Shown: piece after piece, positions 17,370 through 25,949 of the stretch
Layout: each line of letters starts with the position of its first letter
Numbering within the stretch: the stretch's first letter is position 1
NCBI GenBank assembly: GCA_963708295.1
Contig: CAVPSJ010000014.1
Span: 319,935-351,934 of the forward strand
Origin: an uncultured delta proteobacterium
GTDB taxonomy: Bacteria; Desulfobacterota; BSN033; UBA1163
DNA length: 32,000 nt
Reading direction: 5' to 3'
The notes under the pieces: generated by a model
What the model was told of the DNA's origin: nothing
What the model saw: the letters and a program-made list of their open reading frames with translations, nothing else
Database searches by the model: none
Position numbers and translations under genes: made by a program

Positions 17370-18473
17370 TTACTTCGTCTGACCGATGACGCCTTCAACG
17401 AGCCAGTCCATTTTCCCCAGGGCTGCGATGGGAAATGCCTCGCCGGCCTTCACCCGCTCAACGCCTTTGTTATCCTTGATCGGACCCTGGAAAACATTCA
17501 GCTTGCCGTTGATAAATTCTTGTTTTTTTGTGTTGACCAGCTTTATTGCATCAGACGGGACGGCGGGGCCGAAGGGTGCGATGGTGAGATAATCACTCGC
17601 AAGGTTGCCTAAGAGGGCCTCGCTTTTCCAAGTCCCCTCCATGACCTGTTTGGCAAACCGGGTGTAGAGTTCACCCCAGGTAAAGGCAACGCCGCTGATC
17701 CAGCCCTTGGGAGCGAACTTTTGTACGCCGATGTAATGGTAGCCTACGGAGAAGGCCCCGCGCTTTTCAGCAGCCTGCACCACCGTAATCGGAGAGTCTA
17801 CAATGACACCAAGGACATCCACGCCTTGATCCAAGAGGGCGTTTGCAGCGGTCGCTTCCTTTCCAGGATCCAGGAAGGTTCCGGTAAAGACCACGCGTGT
17901 TTCCGCTTTCGGATTGACGGACTGCACTCCAAGGTGAAAGGCGTTCACGTTCGCCAGGAAAAAGCTGATGGGAAGGGCGACCACATAGCCCAGCTTATTT
18001 GTCTTGGTGGTTTTGCCCGCCGCAATACCCATCAGATAAAAGGCCTCCGGAGTGCTTGCCCAGTAAGTGCCCAGGTTCGGGGCGAGCTTGTATCCCCCGG
18101 GGTGCACAAACTTGACGTCCGGGTATTTTTTAGCCACTCTCAAGGCCGGATCCAGATAGCCAAAGCTTGCGGGGATGATGAGCTGGGCTCCTTGCCTGAT
18201 CATGTTCTCCATCACGCGCTCAGCATCGGCGCCTTCCGGGACATTCTCGACTTCGATCAGCTCGACGTTCGGAAGATTTTTCTTCATGACCTGCACACCC
18301 TCGGCATGGGCCTGGTTGTAACCGGCGTCTGCGATGGAGCCAATATGCAGGATGCCTACCTTCAATTTTGGCTGTGCAGAGGGTGTTCCTGTAAGGCTCA
18401 GTACGATGGCCACGACAAGGCCGGTTAAAAGAACCAGAAACGCAACTCCATTGTTTGATCTCTTCTTGTTCAT
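17370..18473 (-). CDS. BMP-family ABC transporter substrate-binding protein (PnrA/Med-like)
   Basis: 367 aa with a signal peptide. The motifs KVGILHIGSIADAGYNQAHAEG, VALPISF and FTGTFLDPGK fit the basic-membrane-protein (purine/nucleoside-binding) family. Confidence 0.9.
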   Translation of the reverse strand: MNKKRSNNGVAFLVLLTGLVVAIVLSLTGTPSAQPKLKVGILHIGSIADAGYNQAHAEGVQVMKKNLPNVELIEVENVPEGADAERVMENMIRQGAQLIIPASFGYLDPALRVAKKYPDVKFVHPGGYKLAPNLGTYWASTPEAFYLMGIAAGKTTKTNKLGYVVALPISFFLANVNAFHLGVQSVNPKAETRVVFTGTFLDPGKEATAANALLDQGVDVLGVIVDSPITVVQAAEKRGAFSVGYHYIGVQKFAPKGWISGVAFTWGELYTRFAKQVMEGTWKSEALLGNLASDYLTIAPFGPAVPSDAIKLVNTKKQEFINGKLNVFQGPIKDNKGVERVKAGEAFPIAALGKMDWLVEGVIGQTK

Positions 18474-18493
18474 TTTTTCCTCCTCTTTCTTAA

Positions 18494-18518
18494 TGGCTGG
18501 ATGTTCCAGCCCGTTTTT
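18494..18518 (+). terminator. Terminator-like hairpin oriented antisense to the operon
   Basis: GGCTGGA-TGT-TCCAGCC is followed by CGTTTTTT on the plus strand. It lies in the 5' leader of the minus-strand BMP SBP gene, and no plus-strand gene precedes it. Confidence 0.3.
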
Positions 18519-18583
18519 TGAAATTCTTAGTTAATATTCTTCGTTCTAAATTCACAGTTGGAAACAATTTTGTGATAAATCCT

Positions 18584-18901
18584 AAATTCAAAACTCTAAA
18601 CTCTAAATAAACTCAAAACCCAAAACGGACTAAAATCCAAAACTTTCAAATCGAAATATTTGATGATCTTGTAGAAAGTCGTCTCACCGGTGAAAACCGG
18701 TGTCCAGTGTTCTTAGAAGCTCCAAAATACTGGATGTGCTCGCTCGCTTCGCTCACTCCGCCTCCCTTCGGTCGCCCGGCTGGAGTTTACCCCGTACTTA
18801 TTACGGGGCCGGAATGACGAATTAGGTTTTTGCGACATTTTACGACTGCATCAAATTTGGATTTTGGGTTTATTTAGGGTTTGTTGTTTAGAGTTTAGAA
18901 T
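18584..18901. mobile_element. MITE-like foldback element (family 1), about 320 bp
   Basis: The terminal arms AATTCAAAACTCTAAAC (18584-18600) and GTTTAGAGTTTAGAATT (18885-18901) are inverted repeats (16/17). Further imperfect arm pairing runs inward (AAAATCCAAA/TTTGGATTTT, AGTCGT/ACGACT). The core holds perfect hairpins CACCGGT-GAAA-ACCGGTG and CCCCGTA-CTTAT-TACGGGG. There is no ORF. It sits inside the operon, between permease and SBP genes. Confidence 0.6.
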
Positions 18902-18956
18902 TCAAGTTCCCTTTTTATAGATGTTATATATAAATTTCCAGACTGAAACAAGTGAG

Positions 18957-19874
18957 TCATTCCGTCCCTCGGAAGATCTGGCCTAAACTGGCCGGCGCTG
19001 CATGCCGTCGTGCGCCGCCCCAGACCGCAAGAACTCCCAGGCTCAAAAGATACGGAAGCATGTCAAGCAAGAAGGGTGAGATGGGCACCCCCCTTGCCTG
19101 CATCTGAAGCTGCAGGGCAATCGCACCGCCGAAAAGTAATGCTCCGACGATCGCCCGGAGCGGATGCCACTTGGAGAAAATGACCAAAGCAACGGCAACA
19201 AACCCTCTGCCCGCTGTCATCCATTCGGCCCAAGTCTTTGCCACTGCCAATGAGAGATGCGCTCCTGCGATGCCGCCGAGGAGGCCGGCGATGAACAGTG
19301 CCTCATACTGCACTCTGTACGGATGCATCCCCGCGGCAAAGGCGGCCGTGGGTTTTTCTCCGACTGCCCGCAAGCTCAGTCCCCATCGCGTGTAGAAGAG
19401 TGCCCACCATACCAGAATGGCAATCGGGGTGACGAGGTAAACCAGTATATCATAATGGAAGAGGGCTGCACCAGCGACGGGAAGGTCTGAGAGGATTGGA
19501 ATTCGGATCTCATTCAGACCTTTGATTTGGCTGCCGATGCAGGGGGCGCCCAGGAGGGCGCTGAGTCCCACTCCGCAGAACATCAACGCCAGTCCGCTCG
19601 CCAGCTGATTTGCCCTGCGCTCGATCACCAGGTATCCGAAGATCAGGTTGAAGAGAGCCCCTGCCAGAGCGGCTGCGAAGACACCGAGCGCGGGGTTGCC
19701 CGTCTTGACCGTTACGTTGAAGCCCACCACCGCTCCCATGAGCATCACACCCTCCAGGCCCAGGTTAATGATGCCCGCCCGCTCACCGATGACCTCCCCG
19801 AGGGTGGCATAGAGGAGTGGTGTTCCGGCGACAATCGACCCTGAGAGGAGACCTTGTAACGAAGATCCTATCAT
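18957..19874 (-). CDS. ABC transporter permease (BMP/sugar-type, second permease)
   Basis: Polytopic membrane protein. The track ORF extends to 20258 over the upstream permease with an Arg-rich nonsense N-terminus. The ATG at 19874 (MIGSSLQGLLSG...) overlaps the upstream stop (ATGA at 19871-19874). Confidence 0.85.
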   Translation of the reverse strand: MIGSSLQGLLSGSIVAGTPLLYATLGEVIGERAGIINLGLEGVMLMGAVVGFNVTVKTGNPALGVFAAALAGALFNLIFGYLVIERRANQLASGLALMFCGVGLSALLGAPCIGSQIKGLNEIRIPILSDLPVAGAALFHYDILVYLVTPIAILVWWALFYTRWGLSLRAVGEKPTAAFAAGMHPYRVQYEALFIAGLLGGIAGAHLSLAVAKTWAEWMTAGRGFVAVALVIFSKWHPLRAIVGALLFGGAIALQLQMQARGVPISPFLLDMLPYLLSLGVLAVWGGARRHAAPASLGQIFRGTE

Positions 19875-20929
19875 TTGACTCCACCCTTTCCCCCCTGACG
19901 GGCAAGGACGACGAACAAGATGAGGGCGTTCAGAATGTTTACCGCCGAGCCTGGGAGCCCATGGGCCATCTGCAGAATGTCGCCGCCCGCCGTGACGATG
20001 GCAAGGAGAAAAGCCGCAGCCACGATGCCCAAAGGGTTTCCGCCGGCCATCCAGCTGATCAGGAAACCGATGAATCCATAGCCCGGTGAGAGACTGGGTC
20101 GAAGACGGCCTTGGATTGCAGAGACCTCGATCATTCCGGCCAGCCCGGCGAGTCCGCCGCCGATAAACATGAGCAGGATAACATAGCGGCTGATCGGAAT
20201 TCCATTGCGCCGTGCCGCTTCTGGATTGCCGCCGATGGCTCGCATCTCGAGGCCCCACCGCGTCCTGGAGAGAGCAAAATAGAACAGGATAAGCACGGCA
20301 AGAGGAAAAACGAACCCCCCATGGACTCGCGTGGAGGCAAAAGAGGGCAGGGTGGCGGCATCGACAAACTGGGCCGTCTGCGGGTAATTTGCGCTTTCCA
20401 GGTCTTTCCAGGGGCCAAAGACAAAGAAATTTACGAGCAGGATGGCCACGTAGTTCAGCAACAGAGTAGAGATGGTCTCACTCACCCAACCCTTGGCGCG
20501 CAGGATGCCCGAAATAGATGCCCACAGTCCCCCTCCGAGAACTCCCAGAAGGGAAATGAAAGGTAAAAGAATCCATGCGGGTAGGGTGTTTAAGTTGAGG
20601 GCTCCCCAGGTGGCAAATAAAGCTCCGATATAGAGTTGACCTTCCCCCCCCACATTGATGAGCCAGATTCTGGCCGGTACTGCCACAGCGACCGCTGTGA
20701 GCGTGAGAGGGATCATCTTCACCAGGATTTCAGAGAGACCGTAGGTGCTCCCGAGCGTACTCGAGAAAATATCCGCATAGGCTTTGATCGGGTTTTTGCC
20801 GAAGGCCAACAACAAAATGGCAAAGACTATGAAGGCAAGGGCAAAGAGTCCGAAGAACCGGATTGAGCTCGCCCACCCTGTGCTACGAAAACGGGGAACT
20901 TTGTTGGCCTGTTCAGCGGTGAGACCCAT
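19871..20929 (-). CDS. ABC transporter permease (BMP/sugar-type, first permease)
   Basis: 352 aa polytopic membrane protein. Its ATG overlaps the ATPase gene end by 17 nt, with SD-like AGGGGGG upstream. Confidence 0.85.
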   Translation of the reverse strand: MGLTAEQANKVPRFRSTGWASSIRFFGLFALAFIVFAILLLAFGKNPIKAYADIFSSTLGSTYGLSEILVKMIPLTLTAVAVAVPARIWLINVGGEGQLYIGALFATWGALNLNTLPAWILLPFISLLGVLGGGLWASISGILRAKGWVSETISTLLLNYVAILLVNFFVFGPWKDLESANYPQTAQFVDAATLPSFASTRVHGGFVFPLAVLILFYFALSRTRWGLEMRAIGGNPEAARRNGIPISRYVILLMFIGGGLAGLAGMIEVSAIQGRLRPSLSPGYGFIGFLISWMAGGNPLGIVAAAFLLAIVTAGGDILQMAHGLPGSAVNILNALILFVVLARQGGKGGVK

Positions 20930-22463
20930 ATTCCCCCCTGGAACCCGTCATCAGATAACCCACGTCGTTGAGGGTGAGATCGTGCGGCGTGCCCGTGCCC
21001 GCAATCCGCCCGCGAAATACAACCACCAGACGATCGCTTAGGGCGAAAAGCTCTTCCAGATCTTCCGAAATCAGGAGCACGCCAGCTCCCTCGTTCCGTG
21101 ATCTCCTGAACAATTCCCGCGCCGCGATCGCGCTCTGCACATCCAGACCCCGTGTCGGGTAGAAGGCGAGAATCAATCTGGGGTTCCGCGCCATCTCCTG
21201 TGCCAGGATCACACGCTGGAGGTTCCCTCCTGAGAGCGCTCCCACGGGTTTGTTCATGGAAGGGATTTCAAAGCCCAGAAGCGTCAAGGACCGCTCGATG
21301 TCATCCCGAGCCAATTTCCAGTCCATCGAGAGGCCACCCTGGCGGGCATACCTGCGGATATTACTGAGCGCCATGTTCTCTTCCACGGTCAGACCTGCAA
21401 CGGCAGCCATTCCCAGCGGATCTTCTGGGATGAAAGCCACGCCGCTCGATCGTATTCGAGCAACGGACCAGTGGGTCGCATTTTGACCCCACAGATATTT
21501 GGCCCCCGTTTCACACCTTTGCAGTCCCAGGATCACGTCCCCAAGCTCTTTCTGGCCGTTCCCCGAAACGCCGGCAACACCGACGATTTCGCCCGGCAGG
21601 ACGGTGAGATTGATTTCTTTGAGGCTTGTCGCTTGGTCCTCAACGGGCGTACTGACCTGCTTCAATTGTAGGAGAGGCGGAAGATTCTCTTGGGAGGGTT
21701 CACGCGGGCTGCGCGGTGATTCAGAGATTCCTTTGCCGAACATCAAAGAGACCAGTCCGTCCTCCGTTGCCTCGGAACCCTTAAGCGTACCCGTGACCTG
21801 GCCGCGGCGCATGACCGTGATCCGATCCGCGCAAGCAAGAACCTCCTTCAGCTTGTGGGTGATAAAAACCACGGCAAATCCATCGCGCCGCAATTGGGCG
21901 AAGACTCGGAAAAGTCCTTCGACTTCGTGCGGGGCCAAGCTCCGGGTCGGCTCATCGAGGATGAGAATCTGCGCATCTGCGAGCAGGAGCTTGAGAACTT
22001 CCACTTTCTGCTTCTCACCCACAGAGAGCCGCCAGACCAGGGCGGGAGGATCCACCTGAAGGTCGAATCGTTTCGAAATCTCTTCGATTCGTCCGATCAT
22101 CGCCCTCTTATTTAGAACGACGGGCAGGTTGGGCAAAAAGAGCGAAATGTTTTCAGTGACGGTCATTGCGGGAATCAGGGTAAAATCCTGGAAGACCATG
22201 CCGATCCGCGATTGCTTGGCGTCGTGAGGCGACCGAATCTGCAGACGCTGGTCTCTCAGTCGGATCTCTCCCGAGTCCGCCCGGTAAAAGCCGTACAAGA
22301 TCTTCATGAGGGTGCTCTTACCGGCTCCATTCTCCCCCAGCAGGGCATGAACCTCACCGCTGTAAATCTCCAGATCGACATGATCATTGGCGATCACGCC
22401 CGGAAAAGATTTAGTAATGCCTCGCAAGGCAAGGAGGGGGGAAGATGGAGTTTTAGCAGGCAC
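20913..22463 (-). CDS. ABC transporter ATP-binding protein, duplicated ATPase domains
   Basis: 516 aa. First Walker A GENGAGKST, signature LSVGEKQKV, Walker B LILDEP. The second domain has GVSGNGQKE, LSGGNLQRV and a degenerate Walker B. GTG start, with no clear SD. Confidence 0.9.
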   Translation of the reverse strand: MPAKTPSSPLLALRGITKSFPGVIANDHVDLEIYSGEVHALLGENGAGKSTLMKILYGFYRADSGEIRLRDQRLQIRSPHDAKQSRIGMVFQDFTLIPAMTVTENISLFLPNLPVVLNKRAMIGRIEEISKRFDLQVDPPALVWRLSVGEKQKVEVLKLLLADAQILILDEPTRSLAPHEVEGLFRVFAQLRRDGFAVVFITHKLKEVLACADRITVMRRGQVTGTLKGSEATEDGLVSLMFGKGISESPRSPREPSQENLPPLLQLKQVSTPVEDQATSLKEINLTVLPGEIVGVAGVSGNGQKELGDVILGLQRCETGAKYLWGQNATHWSVARIRSSGVAFIPEDPLGMAAVAGLTVEENMALSNIRRYARQGGLSMDWKLARDDIERSLTLLGFEIPSMNKPVGALSGGNLQRVILAQEMARNPRLILAFYPTRGLDVQSAIAARELFRRSRNEGAGVLLISEDLEELFALSDRLVVVFRGRIAGTGTPHDLTLNDVGYLMTGSRGEYGSHR

Positions 22464-22588
22464 AAAAAGTTTTTAGCACAAATTCCTTTTTTTGTGAATG
22501 GAAAAATTTCGGAAGGGAATTACCACGTTAAGAATGATGCCCCACTGCCGCTGCAGTCCCGCTATGGCGGGATTACAATATCAGGTTT

Positions 22589-22793
22589 ACCGCAGAGGCG
22601 CGGAAGTCGTTGAGAAAGTTTTTTTCTGATCCAATTGGGAGACGGCAATTGGATCAGAAACTGCTAACCTTCGAGCAAACGACCTGGACTCGTTGAAGGC
22701 CACGCGAGCGAGTGAGCGCCCGATCATAATAGAGTCACAGAACCCTTTTTGTTTGGCGGCCTCTCACCGCTGCGGCCTTTGCGTCTCTGCGAT
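22589..22793. mobile_element. MITE-like foldback element (family 2), about 205 bp
   Basis: Imperfect terminal inverted repeats ACCGCAGAGGCGCGGAAG (22589-22606) and GCCTTTGCGTCTCTGCGAT (22775-22793). A perfect central 15 bp hairpin TTTCTGATCCAATTG-N8-CAATTGGATCAGAAA lies at 22623-22660. It sits between arcC and the ABC ATPase gene. Confidence 0.55.
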
Positions 22794-22826
22794 GAGAATC
22801 CTATTTTGGACAAGGGTGAACGGGGT

Positions 22827-23771
22827 TTACTTTGTGATCGTCGTTCCAGCCTCGCCTTTGAACGCATTTAGAAGATTTTCAGGCGATGTGATGATCGCCT
22901 TTTCACCTCCGTTTTCGAGGAAATTTATGATGGCCTCGATTTTTGGCTTCATGGAGCCGGGCTTGAAATGACCTTCTTCCAGATATCGCTTTATCTCGGG
23001 GAGGAAGACACGACTCAGAGGCCGTTGGTCCTTCTGGCCAAAGTTGAGATAGACGGCATCTATTGCGGTAGAAATGATAAGCGTGTCCGCACCGAGGCCA
23101 TTCGCCATGACAGCAGATCCCCAATCCTTGTCGATGACGGCCTCGACGCCTTCTATTTCACCCTGTTCATTCAGGATCACGGGGACGCCGCCTCCGCCCG
23201 CGGCTATAACAATGTATCCCTTTTGCACCAATAATTTGATGACGTCAAGTTCGATGATTTTCTTCGGTATCGGAGAAGGGACAACCCGCCTGTAACCCCG
23301 GCCCGCATCCTCTGCAACCTCCCAGCCGAAGCCCTTTTTGTTAGCGAGGGCTTCTTCTTCGGACATAAACGACCCAATGGGTTTCGTGGGCCGTTCAAAG
23401 GATTTGTCTTTTCTGTCGACGATCGTTTGGGTCACGACGGCTGTCACTTTTTTATCAATTCCTCTTCTGTGAAACTCGTTTAACAGGGCCTTTTCGATCA
23501 TATACCCGATGGCTCCCTGGGTGTCTGCCCCGCATATATCCAGCGGGATCAGAGGCAGTTCGTTCCGGGACAGCTCGCCTCTTCGGTATATAAATCCCAC
23601 TTGCGGGCCATTGCCGTGGGTGATCACCAGGCGGACGCCTTCTGCAATCAGTTCGCCAATGTATTTTGCCGTTTCCTGGACCATTTCATATTGGAAAGAC
23701 AAAGCGATGTGGTTCTTATCCTTGATAAGAGAATTCCCCCCCATCGCCAAAACAGCGAGATGAGATCTCAT
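22827..23771 (-). CDS. arcC: Carbamate kinase
   Basis: 314 aa. The motifs AVLAMGGNSL, VITHGNGPQVG and GGGGVPV, together with the length, are diagnostic. SD GGAGG lies upstream. Confidence 0.9.
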   Translation of the reverse strand: MRSHLAVLAMGGNSLIKDKNHIALSFQYEMVQETAKYIGELIAEGVRLVITHGNGPQVGFIYRRGELSRNELPLIPLDICGADTQGAIGYMIEKALLNEFHRRGIDKKVTAVVTQTIVDRKDKSFERPTKPIGSFMSEEEALANKKGFGWEVAEDAGRGYRRVVPSPIPKKIIELDVIKLLVQKGYIVIAAGGGGVPVILNEQGEIEGVEAVIDKDWGSAVMANGLGADTLIISTAIDAVYLNFGQKDQRPLSRVFLPEIKRYLEEGHFKPGSMKPKIEAIINFLENGGEKAIITSPENLLNAFKGEAGTTITK

Positions 23772-23930
23772 AGGCTAACCTCCTTCTCGTTCAAATCCTC
23801 TTCATGTCCCACAAGGTAACGTGATTCCATTCGGGTTACCGATCTATTGTAGTATACATCCTTTCAAGACTTTGTGGAAGTGAGTGTTTCTGAAGGTAGG
23901 AAGGAGATAGGGCGTGCGAATAACACCTAC

Positions 23931-23939
23931 TTATCTGCA
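23931..23939 (+). promoter_or_regulatory. Copy of intergenic 9-mer TTATCTGCA (core only)
   Basis: Exact 9-mer in the gap between the NMT1-like gene stop and the arcC start. See the three longer copies below. Confidence 0.35.
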
Positions 23940-24023
23940 ATCGAAGCAGGTTTTAGGAATCGAGGATTTCCAGCAGAAATCATCGGGTGAAGTCGATATA
24001 TTAAAATTAAATCCAAGCGTTCT

Positions 24024-25034
24024 TTAACGGATAATATTCACCGCTTCGGGTTTTACTGCTTTGAGTCCATCCAGATAAATATAGTCCGAGAAATCAGGTA
24101 TTCTCCTTTCAGTAGTCAGTTTGTTCTTTATCATCCACCGCGCCTCGTCCTCCATTGCAACAATTAACGACTGGTCGAGCGAGAGAGAAAATTGATACCC
24201 TGACCAAACTTCTGCCATATACTTGTCATCGAAATTCAGTTTCTTCTGCAGCACCGCCTTTGCTTTTTCAGGATTACGACTGACATATTGTTCGGCTTCG
24301 GACAGAGATTTCAGCAAACGCTTCACCAGTTCGGGATGATGGGTCACCCAATCTGGTTTACCCACCAGAGTGCCGTAAGCCGGTTGGTGACTGTGTGCCG
24401 GCCAGACAAACAACTTACTCCCCAGTTGCTGGATTACCAGGTGGAGGTATCTACTACTGGCTATGGCAGCGTCAATCTTCCCGCTACTCAGAGAGTCCCC
24501 GGCGTCCATCGGTTGAATGTCAACGAGGGTTACGTCCCTTAAATTCAGGCCGTTCAACATAAGCAGCCTACCAAGATAGAATTCCATAATGGTGCCCGGT
24601 TCAAATCCTATTTTTTTCCCCTTAAGGTCGGAAATATTCTCAATCCCCCGTTCTTTTAGTCCTACAACAGCCACGGCCTCGGCCTTACTATAAGTTGTAA
24701 CGATGCTGATGGCTGTTTTTTGTAATGCTTTCCCGACGGTAATAAACTCCGTTGAATAAGCCAGGTCTGCTTCCCCACCCAGCATACCATCGGTTGCAGC
24801 CAGTCCATTAACATAAGTTTTGAGGGTCACATTGAGACCATTATCCGTGAAATATTTCTGCTCGTCAGCAATAAATATGAGCGTGTCCCCCGCGTTGGCC
24901 CCTGTTCCAATGGTAATGAGTTCCACCTTCCGGAAACAGCTATTTGGCGCGCGAAGCCACAGAACAAAAGCCGCTCCCAAAACAACGATAACGGCTGCAA
25001 GGATTAATAAGATAAGCCTTTTATTGGTTTCCAT
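24024..25034 (-). CDS. NMT1/THI5-like (SsuA/TauA-type) substrate-binding protein with an N-terminal membrane anchor
   Basis: METNKRLILLILAAVIVVLGAAFVLWL is followed by a periplasmic-binding fold (..ADLAYSTEF...DLKGKKIGFEPGT..). No cognate permease or ATPase is adjacent. The track start at 25139 (GTG) adds 35 non-homologous residues. Confidence 0.75.
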   Translation of the reverse strand: METNKRLILLILAAVIVVLGAAFVLWLRAPNSCFRKVELITIGTGANAGDTLIFIADEQKYFTDNGLNVTLKTYVNGLAATDGMLGGEADLAYSTEFITVGKALQKTAISIVTTYSKAEAVAVVGLKERGIENISDLKGKKIGFEPGTIMEFYLGRLLMLNGLNLRDVTLVDIQPMDAGDSLSSGKIDAAIASSRYLHLVIQQLGSKLFVWPAHSHQPAYGTLVGKPDWVTHHPELVKRLLKSLSEAEQYVSRNPEKAKAVLQKKLNFDDKYMAEVWSGYQFSLSLDQSLIVAMEDEARWMIKNKLTTERRIPDFSDYIYLDGLKAVKPEAVNIIR

Positions 25035-25159
25035 GATTGGATGTGACTCACCATGACCCTTTATTGATTTGCAGTTGAAATATACACCTTTTTCAAAAAT
25101 TAGGGAATAGAAAGTTACAGGAAGAAGTCCTCGGACCACCGGTTGAGGACTCCAGCTTA

Positions 25160-25179
25160 TGCAGATAACGACTGAAATC
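25160..25179 (-). promoter_or_regulatory. Copy of intergenic motif GATTTCAG-N3-TTATCTGCA
   Basis: The minus strand reads GATTTCAGTCGTTATCTGCA. It lies in the gap between the nitroreductase and NMT1-like genes and is followed by the hairpin AGTCCTC-N12-GAGGACT (25126-25151). Confidence 0.4.
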
Positions 25180-25284
25180 AGTAGTGGCTGTAGGCCCGTG
25201 GACTCACATAGAATAGGAATCCATTGGGCAATCAGTGTCAGCGTAGGAGGTTAGGTGGAGATTCTCGCCCCTTCTCTTTATTTC

Positions 25285-25949
25285 CTACTCATACCACTTC
25301 GTAAACTCATCCGGCTTTTGCTTGAGGCTGCGGTAGGTATTTAATTTGGCCTTCTCGTCCGGGTAGCCCAGTGATATGCAGATAACCAGCTTTTTGCTCT
25401 CCGCTATACCGAGGAATTTTTTTATCTCCAGTGCGTAGTTGGTCACCGAGGCCTGCAGGCAGCTCTCCACACCAAGCGAGTGCGCCGCCAGAATCAGGTT
25501 CTGGGCAAACAGCCCCATGTCGAAGATCGACCACTCTCCCAGCGACCCGTCAATGAAGAGGAAGACGGCGCACGGCGCGCCGTAGAACTCAAAGTTCATC
25601 AGGCGCAATTTTTCTCTTCCCTCCTCATCATCCCTCGCCACCCCGAGCGTGCTGAGCCTACGGGCGCCATGCTCCCTGGGAGCGCTCCTCCAGCGCCGAC
25701 GGCCAGCCCTTGGGCATGGGCAGGTCGGGACTGGTCGGCGCCTTTGCCTTCGCCAGTTCCAGCAGTTTCCGACCCAGTTCATTCTTCTTTTTACCACTTA
25801 CCACGACCACCTCCCAGGGCTGGGTGTTGGTATAGGAGGGGCTGTTGCTCGCCGCCTGTAATATCTTTTTCATCACATCTCTGGTGATGGGATTGGGCTT
25901 GAAAGCCGCGAATGCTCCGCCTCGTCTTGATACCTTCCAGGATTTCCAT
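25285..25949 (-). pseudogene. Nitroreductase family protein interrupted by two frameshifts
   Basis: The true start is the ATG at 25949 (SD GGAGG), giving MEILEGIKTRRSIRGF. Shift 1 is at GGCTTTCAAG (about 25895-25907), leading into KPNPITRDVMKKILQAASNSPSYTNTQPWEVVVV. Shift 2 is at TCCCAGGG (about 25673-25680), leading into REHGARRLSTLGVARDDEEGREKLRLMNFEFYGAP...ISLGYPDE. The span is 2 nt longer than a multiple of 3. Confidence 0.8.

Noticed and set aside
18957-20258. N-terminal extensions of track ORFs: 18957-20258, 1778-2548, 5734-6804, 24024-25139, 16388-17398 and 6716-7624.
   Set aside because: The extensions overlap the preceding gene or a hairpin, are Arg/Pro-rich nonsense, and are followed by internal starts that abut the upstream stop or carry an SD. 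The shorter models were used.
22623-22660. The perfect 15 bp hairpin after arcC as its rho-independent terminator.
   Set aside because: On the coding (minus) strand the hairpin is followed by an A-run, not a U-run, and the T-run precedes it on the plus strand. It is better explained as the core of the family 2 MITE.
23808-23860. GGTAAC-N14-GTTACC and the GTATAC palindrome upstream of arcC as operators for the GntR regulator.
   Set aside because: These are only 6 bp arms, and the flanks are not symmetric. They do not resemble the TGGT-N3-ACCA palindrome found at the regulator's own promoter. At this length they are expected by chance.
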